Assembly: GCF_021028975.2 (NCBI RefSeq)
Contig: NC_059429.1
Location: 38,998,001 to 39,062,000 of the forward strand
Source: Sphaerodactylus townsendi
Lineage: Eukaryota
DNA: 64,000 nucleotides
Reading direction: 5' to 3'
Positions 1-11,858 of this stretch are shown one piece after another (position 1 is the stretch's first letter; every line of letters begins with the position of its first letter). The position numbers and the translations under genes were made by a program. The notes below the pieces were generated by a model. The model worked only from the letters and a program-made list of their open reading frames with translations, ran no database searches and was not told the origin of the DNA.

Positions 1-190
1 TATAACTCTGGACTAAGATAATTGATGATACTTCCAAAGAGAAAGAGACTATACCCTATTCTGAGTGAGCCAGAAGCAACTAATTTTTAGTTGACGGAAG
101 AAGATAATTTTTGTACTCTCCTCCACCAAAGATATATGAATCCTTTGGTGATTAAACAGTTATTCAAACACTACTTTTTGTAATGACCTT

Positions 191-614
191 AGCGCTTTCC
201 GCAGGGGGTCAATAAATTTGGGATAACCATGGTAAAAAACCCACTGCGGGTGGAAACTTCGCACAGTTCCTGCCCTTAACATAAGCCTGACCCATATTAT
301 TTCCTCCAAAACAGGATATTCAAGAATCACACTATCCACAATTCTTTTAAAAAATCCCAGGTTGCAGCCACTTCCAAATGAATGGACAGGCAGGAAAGTG
401 GTTTTTTGGCTGCATGTTCCGTTAAAAAATTTTCCCCAGTGCCTATCTGCGTAGCCATGCAGGTGCAAAGGGTTGTGATGTCAGATAGCATGGCTATGGG
501 GGGGTCAATTTGCTTGCTGACCACATGACAGCCAGCCATGCAAAGGTCTGGGGCTATGCTGGGTTCATTTATCCTGATTGCAACCCATGTTACATTTCAT
601 GTGCGGAAAGGGCC
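191..614. mobile_element. Harbinger/PIF-like non-autonomous DNA transposon
   Basis: Ends agcgctttccgca ... tgcggaaagggcc form imperfect TIRs. Related ends occur at ~7415, 15922-16439 and 25686-26209. Confidence 0.55.
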
Positions 615-741
615 CTTGAAAGTATTTGCTAGAGTTTTTTTTTAAAAACCAGTGCATGAAACAAAGCTCAGGATGACTAAAGCAGTTTCAGAATCAGGGT
701 TCAACTGCTGCTGAATTCACAAGCAAACTAGTTGACCTAAT

Positions 742-858
742 CTATATAAGAATAGTGTGGCGACTGATGATAAAGTCCAGTAAAATAAGCCCAATATATA
801 TCAGGAACAACGTAGCACTGGGAAAAGAGCAGTTTAACTCTTCTCCTTGCAGGATATC
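742..858 (-). CDS. Candidate terminal coding exon with hydrophobic C-terminus (GPI signal or TM): DILQGEELNCSFPSATLFLIYIGLILLDFIISRHTILI*
   Basis: Acceptor gcattttttaatcag|; reads in phase 0 to TAG at 742-744; hydrophobic stretch LFLIYIGLILLDFII. No polyA signal was seen within the window. Confidence 0.5.
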   Translation of the reverse strand, partial: DILQGEELNCSFPSATLFLIYIGLILLDFIISRHTILI

Positions 859-1335
859 CTGATTAAAAAATGCCCCCTCCTGGTTGCTTTTAGCCTTGGC
901 AGGAAAACAACTGGGGCGATTATTGTGCCTGTCTTTTCCTCCTGTTGGTGTTAAAAGGAGCCTAGAGACTACACTCAAACAGGTAACAGCACAAGGAGGG
1001 GTGTTACCAGCCCTTCCACATATTGTCCCTTTTTGTGTGACTATTTTTGAGGTTCCAGAAATACCTGGGGAGAGTCAGCTATTTGTCCCTGTCACAGGAC
1101 AAGATCCCAAGCTTATCTTAATGTCTCCTGAACACTGAGACACTTGCATTGCAATCCCATATGGTTAATCCAGGCTAAATCCACTGAAATCAGTGTTCTT
1201 AGACTGGAGTAACTTTGCACAGGATTGCACTGTTAGTCTGTAAACTAAGACTAATCTGAAAACAATAAAATGGTTACAGGCATTAACTATTACTGTGATG
1301 GTATATATGCTAAAAAAAAAAAGATTAAGTCATAC

Positions 1336-1368
1336 CTGGCTCTGTACTTTGCTGCCATATTGAGTGCT
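1336..1368 (-). CDS. Micro-exon 15 (33 nt, phase 0): STQYGSKVQSQ
   Basis: ctgtttcccctgcag|...CAG|gtatga. Confidence 0.8.
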
Positions 1369-1744
1369 CTGCAGGGGAAACAGATTTGCTTGCGTTAAGG
1401 TCTAGAGCAGAGCTTTGACTGCAGTACTGCAGGTTATCACTCTGCACCACGGGTCATTTACTACCCCTCAGTAACACCAAGTAGTAAATTAATATTGGAT
1501 ATAAAGGACCATGGTTTCATTGAGGCAACTATTCTTCAGAGATTTACACTAGCTAAAATTCTGGGATATTTCATGTTCCTGAGGATTCGACAGTAATTCC
1601 AGTTCTTAGAAAGTGAACCACTGGATTTAAACCGTAACTTTGCTAATCTTTTCTCACTCCACTCCTCAGTTTACACCTTACAATGAAGACTCTATTCTAG
1701 TGGTCCTAAATCTGCTCTAAATAAAGTAGGAAAAGAATGCTTAC

Positions 1745-1777
1745 CTGAATATGCTTATAGTGAGAGTTGGCAAGTTG
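1745..1777 (-). CDS. Micro-exon 14 (33 nt, phase 0): QLANSHYKHIQ
   Basis: gatttctttgtag|...CAG|gtaagc. Confidence 0.78.
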
Positions 1778-4017
1778 CTACAAAGAAATCAAAATTAATT
1801 TTGTTCCATATGTCCACACACAGATTAATTATTGTCATACCTGTAGTGTTATACTATGAACATGATTGGGACATAGTAGCCAGGGAATGTTCCTTCCCAA
1901 AACAAACAAGATGATAATAGCACAGACCAATAGATCTGTTCATAGGAGGTACCCAGCAGGGATCTGAGCAAATTTGAAAATTTCGGATTTTCCTGGTTGA
2001 CATGCTCCCTAGACACTTCTCTGCTTTAGGGTAAAACCTGTTAGCCTCTGTGTAAAAGCTACTGGCAATGGAAAATGCTGTGAAGTCCTAGTCTATTTTC
2101 TGCCACCCCTCGAGGAGTTTTAAAGGCAAGAGAAAAACAGAGGTGGTTTGCCATTGCCTTCCTCAGCACAGCAAACTTAAGCTTCTTTGGTGGACGTCCA
2201 TGCAAGTACTAATCAAGGCCAATACTGCTTAGCTTCCAAGATCTGATGAGATCAGGGTTCATTTGCACAATTTGAGTTGCCTTATCTCAGAAAGATCTTA
2301 GAGAGCTGGGAAAAATGCAGAACAGTACAACCAACAGCATTAAGTGGGCTGGAGCATTTTCCTATGAGGAAAATCTGAAGATTCTTGAAGCCAATAGTGT
2401 ACCGCCACAAAACAGTGCCTGCCTCAGCCGAACTCCATGCTGAATTCCTTCCCACCTCCTCCATTGCTGCACTGCTACCCCTGCAAAAAAACCACAACCC
2501 TTTTCATCCGCCTGAGTGGCACCGGTCAGCAACACACTTTGAGTTTGTCTGGGTGCAGCTGTGCAAGCAGATCTGCAAGTGGCAGCAGGCGAGTTCAGCT
2601 AGGTGTGGCAAGGGGAGCAAATGGCCTGGTGGACCAGGCCATATGAGTAGGGGGCAAGCAGCATGGGCCATGCGAGCAGGGCAAGTACAGTTGGGGGCAG
2701 GGAGCAAGCGGTATGGGAGGCTGGGTGAATGGGGGGCAAGCAGCGCAGGCCATGCGAGTGGGGCAGGTGAGCAGGGTGGACTGGGCAAGCAGCAGCAGGT
2801 GATTTTGGCTGAGTGCAGGGGGGGTCTGTCCCCTTTTGCCCCCTAGATATGCCATTGCTTGAGGTTTCAGTTTAGGGAAGGAAAGGCTAACATGTATACA
2901 ACTGGATGGGAGAAAAGGAGGATTTTTTTCCTATAATACCACAACTTGGACAAACCCAATGAAATCGATCGACAACAAATTCATGGCAGACAAAAGGAAG
3001 TACTTCCCTCAACAAGTAATTTAATTGTACAACTCACTGCCAGTGAACAAAATGATGGACAATGGCATAGACAGTTGCAATGGCATAGACAGTTGCAAAA
3101 GGTATCAGCTAGATTCATGGAGGTTAGGTTGACTCATCAATAAGTGAGCACTAACTGTGATAACAACAGGTTGATCTTATTAGTTATGATGGCTAAAGGG
3201 AACCCCTTTCGGTTGCCCATCTCTAGGGAGTGGCTGGAGATCTGTTGTGATTGCAGAGACAGAGGTCAGTTCCCCTGGAGTAAACAGCCACTTGACTGTA
3301 TGGAATTATACCCCACTGAAGTCCCACCATTCCCAAACTGTGTCCTCCTCAGGCTCCACCACAAAAATTCCCAAGCATTTTTGAACCAGGAGCTGCCAAC
3401 TCTAAAACCTCCACACCTAGAAACCATAAATCTTGGAATACGAGTGCTAGGAGACAACAGCAGGCCTCTATGACCTGTTTGGTGGCCCTCCAGGCAATTG
3501 ATTGGCATGTAAAACAGAACAGTGGGCTATATGGACCACTGGTCTGATCTAGCAGGATATTCTCATACTTGCCCTAGCTAGACAGTCTGTATTATTAGCT
3601 TGCACATGTTTAATATGACAGATGTGTATGTGTGTGAGCGGAATGAAACATAAGCTCTTTCCCATATTCTAGCACAATTAAAGTATACATACCAGAGAGA
3701 CTGGAAAAATGGCATATCATAAAGGCCAATTTCCACATTTCCCAATCATATAATAACTCTTGAAAACATAAGGTGTGAATTTTATGCACATAATGTATTG
3801 TTCCCTATCCAACTGAAAATTTAGAATGAAAGCAGTGTCAGAAAACAATTGTAATGTATCCACGCATTATATGTCAATAGATATCCAGACTTGTAAAAGA
3901 CACTTGGGCACAGATTTCATTGCAGGAATAATTGTATGACTAGATAAGCTAATATGTAAATTGACCTGAGTAGGTTAAAACACAACAAAAAACTAAACAA
4001 AAACAAAGTATCCTTAC

Positions 4018-4035
4018 CGCAGTGATTGATGTACG
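4018..4035 (-). CDS. Micro-exon 13 (18 nt, phase 0): RTSITA
   Basis: gttctctttacag|...GCG|gtaagg. Confidence 0.7.
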
Positions 4036-4218
4036 CTGTAAAGAGAACATATGGCTCATAAGTTTGTCAAATAAGTATTTTTAGAAAGGCTACATCTGAC
4101 AAGAAAGCAAAGAATCAGCAACTTTCACTTTGATGCTCATCTGAATGTCACATTCATTAAAGCTTTAAGGCATACTATAGGGACAAAATAATGAATAGAG
4201 TTTTGTAAAGGAACTTAC

Positions 4219-4257
4219 TTCTGGTGGGTAGGGGTTGCTAGGAGGATGCTGAAAAGT
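4219..4257 (-). CDS. Micro-exon 12 (39 nt, phase 0): TFQHPPSNPYPPE
   Basis: ttttgtttttttggcag|...GAA|gtaagt. Confidence 0.75.
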
Positions 4258-5604
4258 CTGCCAAAAAAACAAAACACCCAAGTTTAAATAGTTTTGAAAT
4301 TAAATCACAGAATGTTTTTTATTGTACTGATTGATTCTGCTTGCTATATTTTGATTCAGCAAATACGGAATGCATGAAAGTAGAAATGTAACAAAGAGAA
4401 AAAGAAATTTCAGCTAAGAAAAAAGCCCCTCCCCACCCAAGCCAGACTATTCAGAAACTCAGGTTTGTCTCTTGCAGCTGGAAAATAATCAGAAAATTAA
4501 GAGGAAAAGTAAATCAATAAACCTGAAACAATTATTGTTCCCTTCTTTCTCCAAATACTGAAGTATAATAAGTTTTCTCAAGTAGTTACATTTTACAAAT
4601 TAAGGGTATATTCCAATTAGATAAGTTATAATTTTGAAATGGCAGCCAGTGGGAAGAGACTATTATATCCTAGCAATCAACAGGATGGAGGGCTTGCAGC
4701 ATTCTGAGATTCTGATCCAACTCTAGCTGGGCTGGGCCCAACCATTATCAGCATCACTAGCTGATAAATAATTATAATATTGAATGAACACTGTGAGGCA
4801 GGTAAAAGTGCATGTTTTGCATCGACATGGTAGCATATGTGAATGACTTCTTCTGTAAGTGCATCTTTCTTGCTGAATTGTGGGGGTGGAGAGAGAGATG
4901 GAAAAGGCAATGCGCCAATGGTTGTTGCTGCACCAGACTTACAGTGCCAACATTAGCAGAGTTACACCCTCTGACTTCAATGGGCTTAGAAGGGTGTAAC
5001 ACTGTTTAGGTGTAACACTGTTAGTCTAGTTTCAGATCTTGCAACTTCAAGGTGCTGTGTCTCTACAAGGCTCACATCCTATGTGTTACAGTGATTGTCA
5101 AAATGTTTTATGTAAAGGGTCATTAGTAGGTAGTATTGGATCAACTCAGCTACCTGGGTGCACAACAGCATACATTGCACAGTTTGAACTGGGGATGGGG
5201 GCGGACATTCAGCCTCCAGATACAATTAATACCTTAAGCCTGTCCTGAAATTAGTAGTGGGGAATGGGGCCAATTTCATTTTATCCAAATCCCTGGAGCC
5301 TCTGCTTTGAGGGCCATGGTGCTCTTCTCAATTATATTGCATCAATTTAGATATTTCATTTGGGGCATAACATTATAAGACCTTCTCCTGTTTCCACTTC
5401 AGTGTTCAACCCCACAGTGAGCCTTTAGGAGAATCTCTCAACAGACATTGGTCATAATGGGGAGCTTTTCATCTACTTAGCTCACAATGAAACTTCTAAG
5501 GGAATGTCTTGAAAAACACATTGTAGGGATTTCACATGCAGAAAAAAGCCCTATGAAACCCTATGAAGAAATATTTTAATATTTTGGTTAGAAAAAGTAC
5601 ATAC

Positions 5605-5634
5605 CTTTTTGGTATCTGACACAGTTGACACAGA
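5605..5634 (-). CDS. Micro-exon 11 (30 nt, phase 0): SVSTVSDTKK
   Basis: ctgttttctttatag|...AAG|gtatgt. Confidence 0.75.
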
Positions 5635-6262
5635 CTATAAAGAAAACAGAAACCCAATATTGATATTTTGTTCATTAGGAAGGCTGTGGCAGGCAGAGGG
5701 ATTCAAGAAGCAGTGTTTGTCTTCCCTTGGAGTCACATGTACCTTTTTTGGAAGTTTGTTTCATACTTGGCAACCTGGTAATCATTTAATCAAAACACCT
5801 TAGGGGTAGGACTGGCACAATACATAGTACTTTGGGAAACTGTGCTTTGAAAAACTATGTACATGCAAGTTGTCACATGCATGTAGATCTTATTCAAAGG
5901 ATCACAAAACATTTGATGGAAAAGGAGAGGATGCTAGTGATCTACTCCAGTTTCTTACAACCTGATTGCAGGCTTTGCATTTGCTTATATTTTTTCCTCT
6001 TGCAATACATTGGGCATGCTGGACTGTAGCCAACCTACAATATGCCTGTTACTATTCCTCTTTCTGAGCATTCTCGGAACAAAGCTAGAGCAAATGGTAG
6101 TGAACCATAATATGGAGTACTGTAGCACAGTCAAGAGTAATTAACATTATGTCCCTCTATTAAACTACATTAATGCAGCTTGAAATAACACAAAGAACTG
6201 CTTTTTCAGACTGCTGTGGTCTAAACCAAGATAAGTGGCCAGAGGTGGTATCTACTTACACA

Positions 6263-6650
6263 TCTAATTGATTCACTCCATTTCACAATCTGGATGAAAC
6301 AGGCTAGTGGGTGGCTGCAGCTCCTCTTCCTGCACTAGGGACTGAACTACTTTTGAGGTTCTGTGTATGATACTCCCAGAATCCCAGATGCTTTTGAGGT
6401 GGGGGGAGAGAACATGATCCTGTCTGCAGGCAGGATAGCTTCCCCTTCCTTGCTTTCCCAACTCCTGCCAGGGTTGGGAAGCAAGGGGGGATGGGAGAGA
6501 ATGCCCTCCTGCCTGGCCTGGCACTGGCCCACCAAATTCCCAGCCCATCCTCCCCCCACCCCAAAGAAGCAGCAGTGCCCGGCGGGGCATCTCAGTCCCC
6601 TGCTCACCCTCACCACCTCACCCTATTACCACAGCAGGCTTTACTGCTAG
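6263..6650 (+). mobile_element. Short non-autonomous Helitron-like element
   Basis: a|TC start and ggctttactgCTAG|t end, identical to the 3' end of the element ending at 49574. The 5' boundary is uncertain (6251 or 6263). Confidence 0.5.
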
Positions 6651-6815
6651 TGCTGTTATAATTTAGTAAAAGATCTGCGCAGGAGAAAATTCTGTAAGTT
6701 CAAGTATGTGTTTTTAAAAATCTGTCAACTATGGTAACACTTAATGTATCTTTTAGCCTTTAAGATGCCACTAGAATTAGTGCTGGCGTTGATATTATAG
6801 ATAAAGTATCCTTAC

Positions 6816-6851
6816 CTGCCCATATGAGCTGCTACTGTACGCTGTACCCCC
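6816..6851 (-). CDS. Micro-exon 10 (36 nt, phase 0): GGTAYSSSSYGQ
   Basis: gttttatttgtag|...CAG|gtaagg. Confidence 0.85.
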
Positions 6852-7092
6852 CTACAAATAAAACATACCTCCTTTTATTTATTAGCTAAAATAAGAAATC
6901 AACAAAGTGGCCCTTATTAAGATGCATAATTATATCAATTAAAATTTAACAGTTTGGATGGTAACTCGGGGGATTAATCTAGGCTTGTTCTAGAAAAAAG
7001 AGGTCCAATCTTTGGGGGGGAAACTCTATAGAGGTTATCACAGTATTTCTTTAAAATTTAAATTGCTACCACATTTGTGCATAAATTGCACC

Positions 7093-7290
7093 TAAGGTTG
7101 CCATCTTCTGGATGGAAAATATCAAACATTTGGGGTTGGAGCCTCTGGATGGTGGGATTTGGGGAAGGAAGAGACCTCAATGAGGTATAATACCATAGAG
7201 TGGACTCCCTAAAGCAGCCATTTCTTGTGTTTGAATTTCAGTCATAACTTTGGCAGATCTCCAGCCACCACCTGGAGATTGGCAACCCTA
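7093..7290. mobile_element. hAT-type MITE (TAGGGTTGCCA termini)
   Basis: taaggttgcca ... tggcaacccta; degenerate 8-bp flanks attgcacc/cttgcaac. A related copy lies at ~11300-11480. Confidence 0.6.
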
Positions 7291-7414
7291 CTTGCAACAT
7301 ATATCAATGTTTACATGTACATTTACGAACTAGACCCAGTCAGTTAGAAATTCTGCTAGTGGAAGGAGTGCCATCAGCAAACTGCAACTTCTTTCTTGCT
7401 TCTCTCCCACTGTA

Positions 7415-7870
7415 TGGCCCTTTCCGCACGGTGGCGGAAATGAGCCTCCACTGGCATAATTTATGCTGATGGAGGCTCTGGGACCATTTGCACGCTAGCG
7501 TGCAAGCGGTCCCCACTCCCCCCCCAGATGGAGAGGGGGTCAGCCCCCTCCACTCACTGTCATGTCCAGCGTCACCCTGAAGGGCTGCAGGGACCCGCCC
7601 ACACTGCCCTCCGACCTCCAGGGGTCGGAAGGCAGCACGGGCGGATCCCTGCAGCCCTCCAGGGCGATGCTGGACATGACAGTGTGTGGAGGCGACGGGG
7701 GAAGCAGCGTCTTCCCAGCGGTGCGGTTTGCACCACGCCACTGGAAAGACGCTCCTTTGCAAAAACCTTGCTTGTTTTGTGAGGTTAAAAGCGGCGGCTT
7801 CACACCACTTTCGGGCGTTTTTGCCGTCCCTGGGCTGCTGTATACCGCCCGTGCGTTAAAATGCACCTCT
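7415..7870. mobile_element. GC-rich Harbinger-like MITE with a long internal hairpin
   Basis: Starts ggccctttccgcac. The internal inverted repeat 7555-7684 runs cactgtcatgtccagc...gctggacatgacagtg. Confidence 0.5.
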
Positions 7871-8042
7871 GAAATATTGCTCTCTAGGGGAAGGGGAAAC
7901 CCAGGAACAGAATGAGGGAGGAACTGGAGGTCTACAGTGAGAGAGAGGAATTAACAAAATCACTTCCCCTTCCAAATACTCTATAGGATCCAATTCAATA
8001 TATTTCGATCGATACTTTATTAATTACATTAACCTTATAGCA

Positions 8043-8280
8043 TAAGGTGACCAGATTGTCACCTTTGTAAGCCGGGACCTGGGCAGGCGGGCGGCTGCGC
8101 GGGCATGCACGCGCAGCCGCACTGCCTTCTGGGGCGCACCCAGTTTCCCGCCCTGAGCGCCCCAGAAGGCAGTGCGGCAGCCTTCCAAAAACCGGGACAG
8201 TTGAAAAAACCCGCAGGACGCAGGACAAATTGTTTTAAGGTGGGACTGTCCTGCCAAAAGTGGGACGTCTGGTCACCATA
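8043..8280. mobile_element. hAT MITE with perfect 8-bp TSD
   Basis: TIR taaggtgaccaga/tctggtcaccata; TSD ttatagca at 8035-8042 and 8281-8288. Confidence 0.85.
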
Positions 8281-8674
8281 TTATAGCAGTCATTTCAACT
8301 TTGTGGTCTTTGTACCACTGCAAACTGTACAACAGGGATTACGACAAAGATTACACTTGCCATATTTTACCCTAAATTAGTAATTGATATGAAGTGAAAA
8401 ACAAACATAATATGTGAAAGTTATCTAGAATTTGTATCCTGGATGTTCTGAATTTTTATTTACAGAGAGGTTTTGCCTTTGGAAGCATTAAAAAGGTGAG
8501 TTTCCACCTGCAACCTGAAATGGTACAATCACATCTACCTTTCCATTCTGCTGCATGGACAGACCACACCAAGGTGTTTAGGAGAATACTTGTAGCAAAT
8601 ATGGTTGCTACCCAGCAGATGGAGTTGAGCTAATGACATCAGCCTTCCAAAATGCAAAAAAAAAAAAAACTTAC

Positions 8675-8716
8675 ATCACGGCAGCCATACTTGCTGTAGA
8701 CACTTGAAACTCCACC
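8675..8716 (-). CDS. Micro-exon 9 (42 nt, phase 0): GGVSSVYSKYGCRD
   Basis: ggttttttacacag|...GAT|gtaagt. Confidence 0.82.
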
Positions 8717-9717
8717 CTGTGTAAAAAACCAGAGAGTTGAATATTTTATTTTGCTTTGCTTCATAATGGAAACATGTCATAGTAAAAACGTTGATCAAAA
8801 GGAGGAGTGCCCAATGTTAGAGACTAAGTAAAATTGTATAAATATTTTGGCTTTGGCTTTTTTAAAACAGCAAAATGTAGTAGTGATTATTTTCTAAGAA
8901 GAAATGACCTGGGACTCAGTTAACTTCCCCAAGAACCACATCTGCTGATTTACAATGAAGTACTACCAAACTGAACGTAATCTTACCACACACTTGTAAA
9001 TGTGCACCTCTCTCTCCATGGTAATATAAGCAAGTTCTTTTATGGGCATTATATAGAAAGCAAGAGTCATGTGCAGACTCCCTGTCAGAACTTTAGTACA
9101 AGCAGAGATGAATGCCATCTATGGTTTCATAGAGGCAGGGAAAGGCACTTTATATAGGCTAAGCAGCCACCTCTGTACATTGCATTTCAAGGTTCACATA
9201 TTATCACAGCGTAGGTAGCATGATAGGAAATCTTTTTATTTATTCATACATTCATTTCAGTTTCTATCCCATTCTGCCCCATCAAATGTTTAAAAAATGA
9301 CAATAGTGTACCTGTCTGTGTGCATATACACAAATCTCCTGACTAGTGTCATTAAAGGAGAAAGTTTTTTATAGCACTCTGGAAAGTATTCAAGTTTTTA
9401 AGGAAGGGAGTCTCACAGTAGCGAGGAGGTAGCAATCGAGAATACCTTTTTACATGCCTTTTCCTGATTATGCAGAGAAAGGAAATAACAGGATGCCAGT
9501 ATAAACACTGGATTGCTGCTACAATGCACCTCCGGTTTCTAAACTGAGGCCATTTTGTATTAATCAAAGTAATGAACACCCGAAGTCCCACAATATCACC
9601 AAGGCTATAGTTTAACACAGTCTAAAAGCTGAAAGAAGAAGAAGAAGAAGACTTTATTTACAGTCAATGACCAGATGTATTACAAAGACTCCAAAGCTGA
9701 AAGAAGAATATGCTTAC

Positions 9718-9765
9718 ACCAGCGCAGCCACCCTTTTTGATTCCTCCTTGGTACACTGAACCATC
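9718..9765 (-). CDS. Micro-exon 8 (48 nt, phase 0): DGSVYQGGIKKGGCAG
   Basis: ttattttcttccag|...GGT|gtaagc. Confidence 0.82.
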
Positions 9766-10267
9766 CTGGAAGAAAATAAAATGGGTTATTTTTTTTAAGG
9801 CGCTTTGTTTGACGCATGACATAAAAGCCTGCAATCTATAGAAACACAATCCATCTACTTTGGAAAAAGGAACACGTATTTGAGAGTAATGGCTATGATC
9901 ACAGGGAGCAACATATCTACCAAGAAATCAGAACTTATTTGTTGTGATTTTAAAAAGAAGAATGAATTCACAAGAACACCCTGGTGAGGTTTTTGCTTTG
10001 CATGTGCACTAGAAGGAGAAAAAGATGGCATCCCCACATGTTCCCACTGGCCTTTTCATCTTCTGTTTCATTTCCCTAATACAGTAATTCACAATGGCTA
10101 AAAGTTGCCCACGACAACTTTATGGCAGTTCCCCCGAAGAAATAGTCCTGATTGTTGAGGATAATGTGACTTGCCAGCCTTAAAGAATTGGTAGCTTGAT
10201 TGATTTTTAGACCTATTATGCATTTTTTGAGACAGCTACAGAACACACATAAACAAGTGAAACTTAC

Positions 10268-10309
10268 CTGCCTGCCAGAATAAGAGCCAGACGAAGAACC
10301 CTGATATAT
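10268..10309 (-). CDS. Micro-exon 7 (42 nt, phase 0): IYQGSSSGSYSGRQ
   Basis: ctgattgttgcag|...CAG|gtaagt. Confidence 0.85.
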
Positions 10310-11066
10310 CTGCAACAATCAGATATTTATTTTTAATTTTCTGTTTTATTTTTTAAAACTGGGTTTCAAGGTCAGGGGAAGGTAAAAACTGATGGAAAGA
10401 AGAGTCTGTGCAAACATTTCGCAGTCTAAAGAAAAATAAATATTTGTTGTGGCAGATCATCCATAAGCAATCAGATGAGAGAGGAATTATATAGCATAGT
10501 ATTCAGTGAATGGTGTTATGGAAAATAAAACTGCAGTAGTGAGAACAAGAAGTTGGAGGCCCGCAAGAATGGGGAAGGGATGAACAAACTCCCACTTTAT
10601 AAACCTTCCCCAGGAGATTACTATAAGATCTTAGGAGCTTCAGCATGCCAATTATCTGTCCCCATTTTGTTTTCTATCCTTTTGTTAACTGATGCTCAGA
10701 TGCTGTCAAAATTCTACAGTCTTCAGGCCATTTTGTAATTTTTTCCCTGTTTAAAAAATTTACAAATTGAAAAGGCATAGGACAATCATATTTGCGAATG
10801 GAAAGACATAGATGAATAATACTAACAAAGAATCCAAAGAACAGTAAAAGAAGTGATAAAATTGTCATCAGGAGAGGTGGCATGATATAGCCCACTGCCA
10901 TCAGGTTTCAGAAGATAAGCAGGGTCAGTACTTGGAAGCAAGACAACCTCTGATTTTCACCTGCTTTGCTGGGATTGCCATAAGTTGGTTGCAACTTGAT
11001 GACACTTACATATGTACGTAAAAGTGTCATCGCATACATGGTAAATTTTTGAAAGGAATGACTTAC

Positions 11067-11102
11067 CTTGGTACATTCACTGCTGCTTGCATAACTGCCA
11101 CC
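11067..11102 (-). CDS. Micro-exon 6 (36 nt, phase 0): GGSYASSSECTK
   Basis: taactttcag|...AAG|gtaagt. Confidence 0.85.
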
Positions 11103-11822
11103 CTGAAAGTTATAAAAATAATGTTCTGGTAAAATTTCAGAAAATACGCACAATTTTTAGTGCCAGAACACTATGAGCAGTCAGGTTTCTCTTTACAGTG
11201 GCTTCAAAAGGTGCCAGCACCTCATGTTTCCTAATCCCCCTACTTCTTTGTAATGGCTAAATAGAATATTCGACTTGAGCCTGTTCCTGTGATCCTAGAC
11301 CAGGGTTGCTAGTCTCCAGGTCATGTCTGGAGATCTCCTGGAATTACATCTGATTGCTAGACTAGGAGAAAATGGCAGATTTGGAGGGAAGAGTCAATCG
11401 CATCATAAAGCCTGTGGTTTCCCTTCCTCAAACTCTACCATCATCAGGCACCGCCCCTGAATCCCCAAGAATTTCCCAAGGCGAATTTGGGAAACCTACC
11501 CAGGTCCAAGAGGGGGAAGATGTGCAAGTTCAATTTCAAGCATGCAAAGAAGTGTGGAAACATGAAGTGTGAATCACATTTCAGATCATGCTGTCCCCCC
11601 ATATCCTTATATCATTAAAGGTTTTGGCAAAGATGCCAGGATCAATTTGCATCAGTTATCTTGAGGTACCTTAAATATACATCTAACAGAAAAGTGTTGT
11701 CATCATGTAAGTGCCATTGTGCCAAGTTAACTTTACCCACACTCCAAACAATGGATTTAATGCAATCAAAATCAACTTGTAAATAACAGATGTATTGATA
11801 ATTAAAGTTCAAAAATTCTTAC

Positions 11823-11858
11823 CTGGCCACAGTTTATTCTTAGAGTAATACCTGCAGA
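11823..11858 (-). CDS. Micro-exon 5 (36 nt, phase 0): SAGITLRINCGQ
   Basis: ttttctttacag|...CAG|gtaaga; no stop; length a multiple of 3. Confidence 0.8.

Noticed and set aside
1841-1853. 13-nt segment with CAG|gtatga donor
   Set aside because: Not a multiple of 3 and the acceptor is poor.
3569-3586. 18-nt AG...GTATGA segment
   Set aside because: Contains an in-frame TAG and the acceptor is weak.
4943-4970. 28-nt segment with ACT|gtaagt donor
   Set aside because: Lies in a mini-palindrome repeat, would shift the frame, and has a purine-rich acceptor.
8987-9081. Possible extra micro-exon with donor GTG|gtaaga
   Set aside because: No pyrimidine-rich acceptor nearby; the best option is 95 nt with an in-frame stop.
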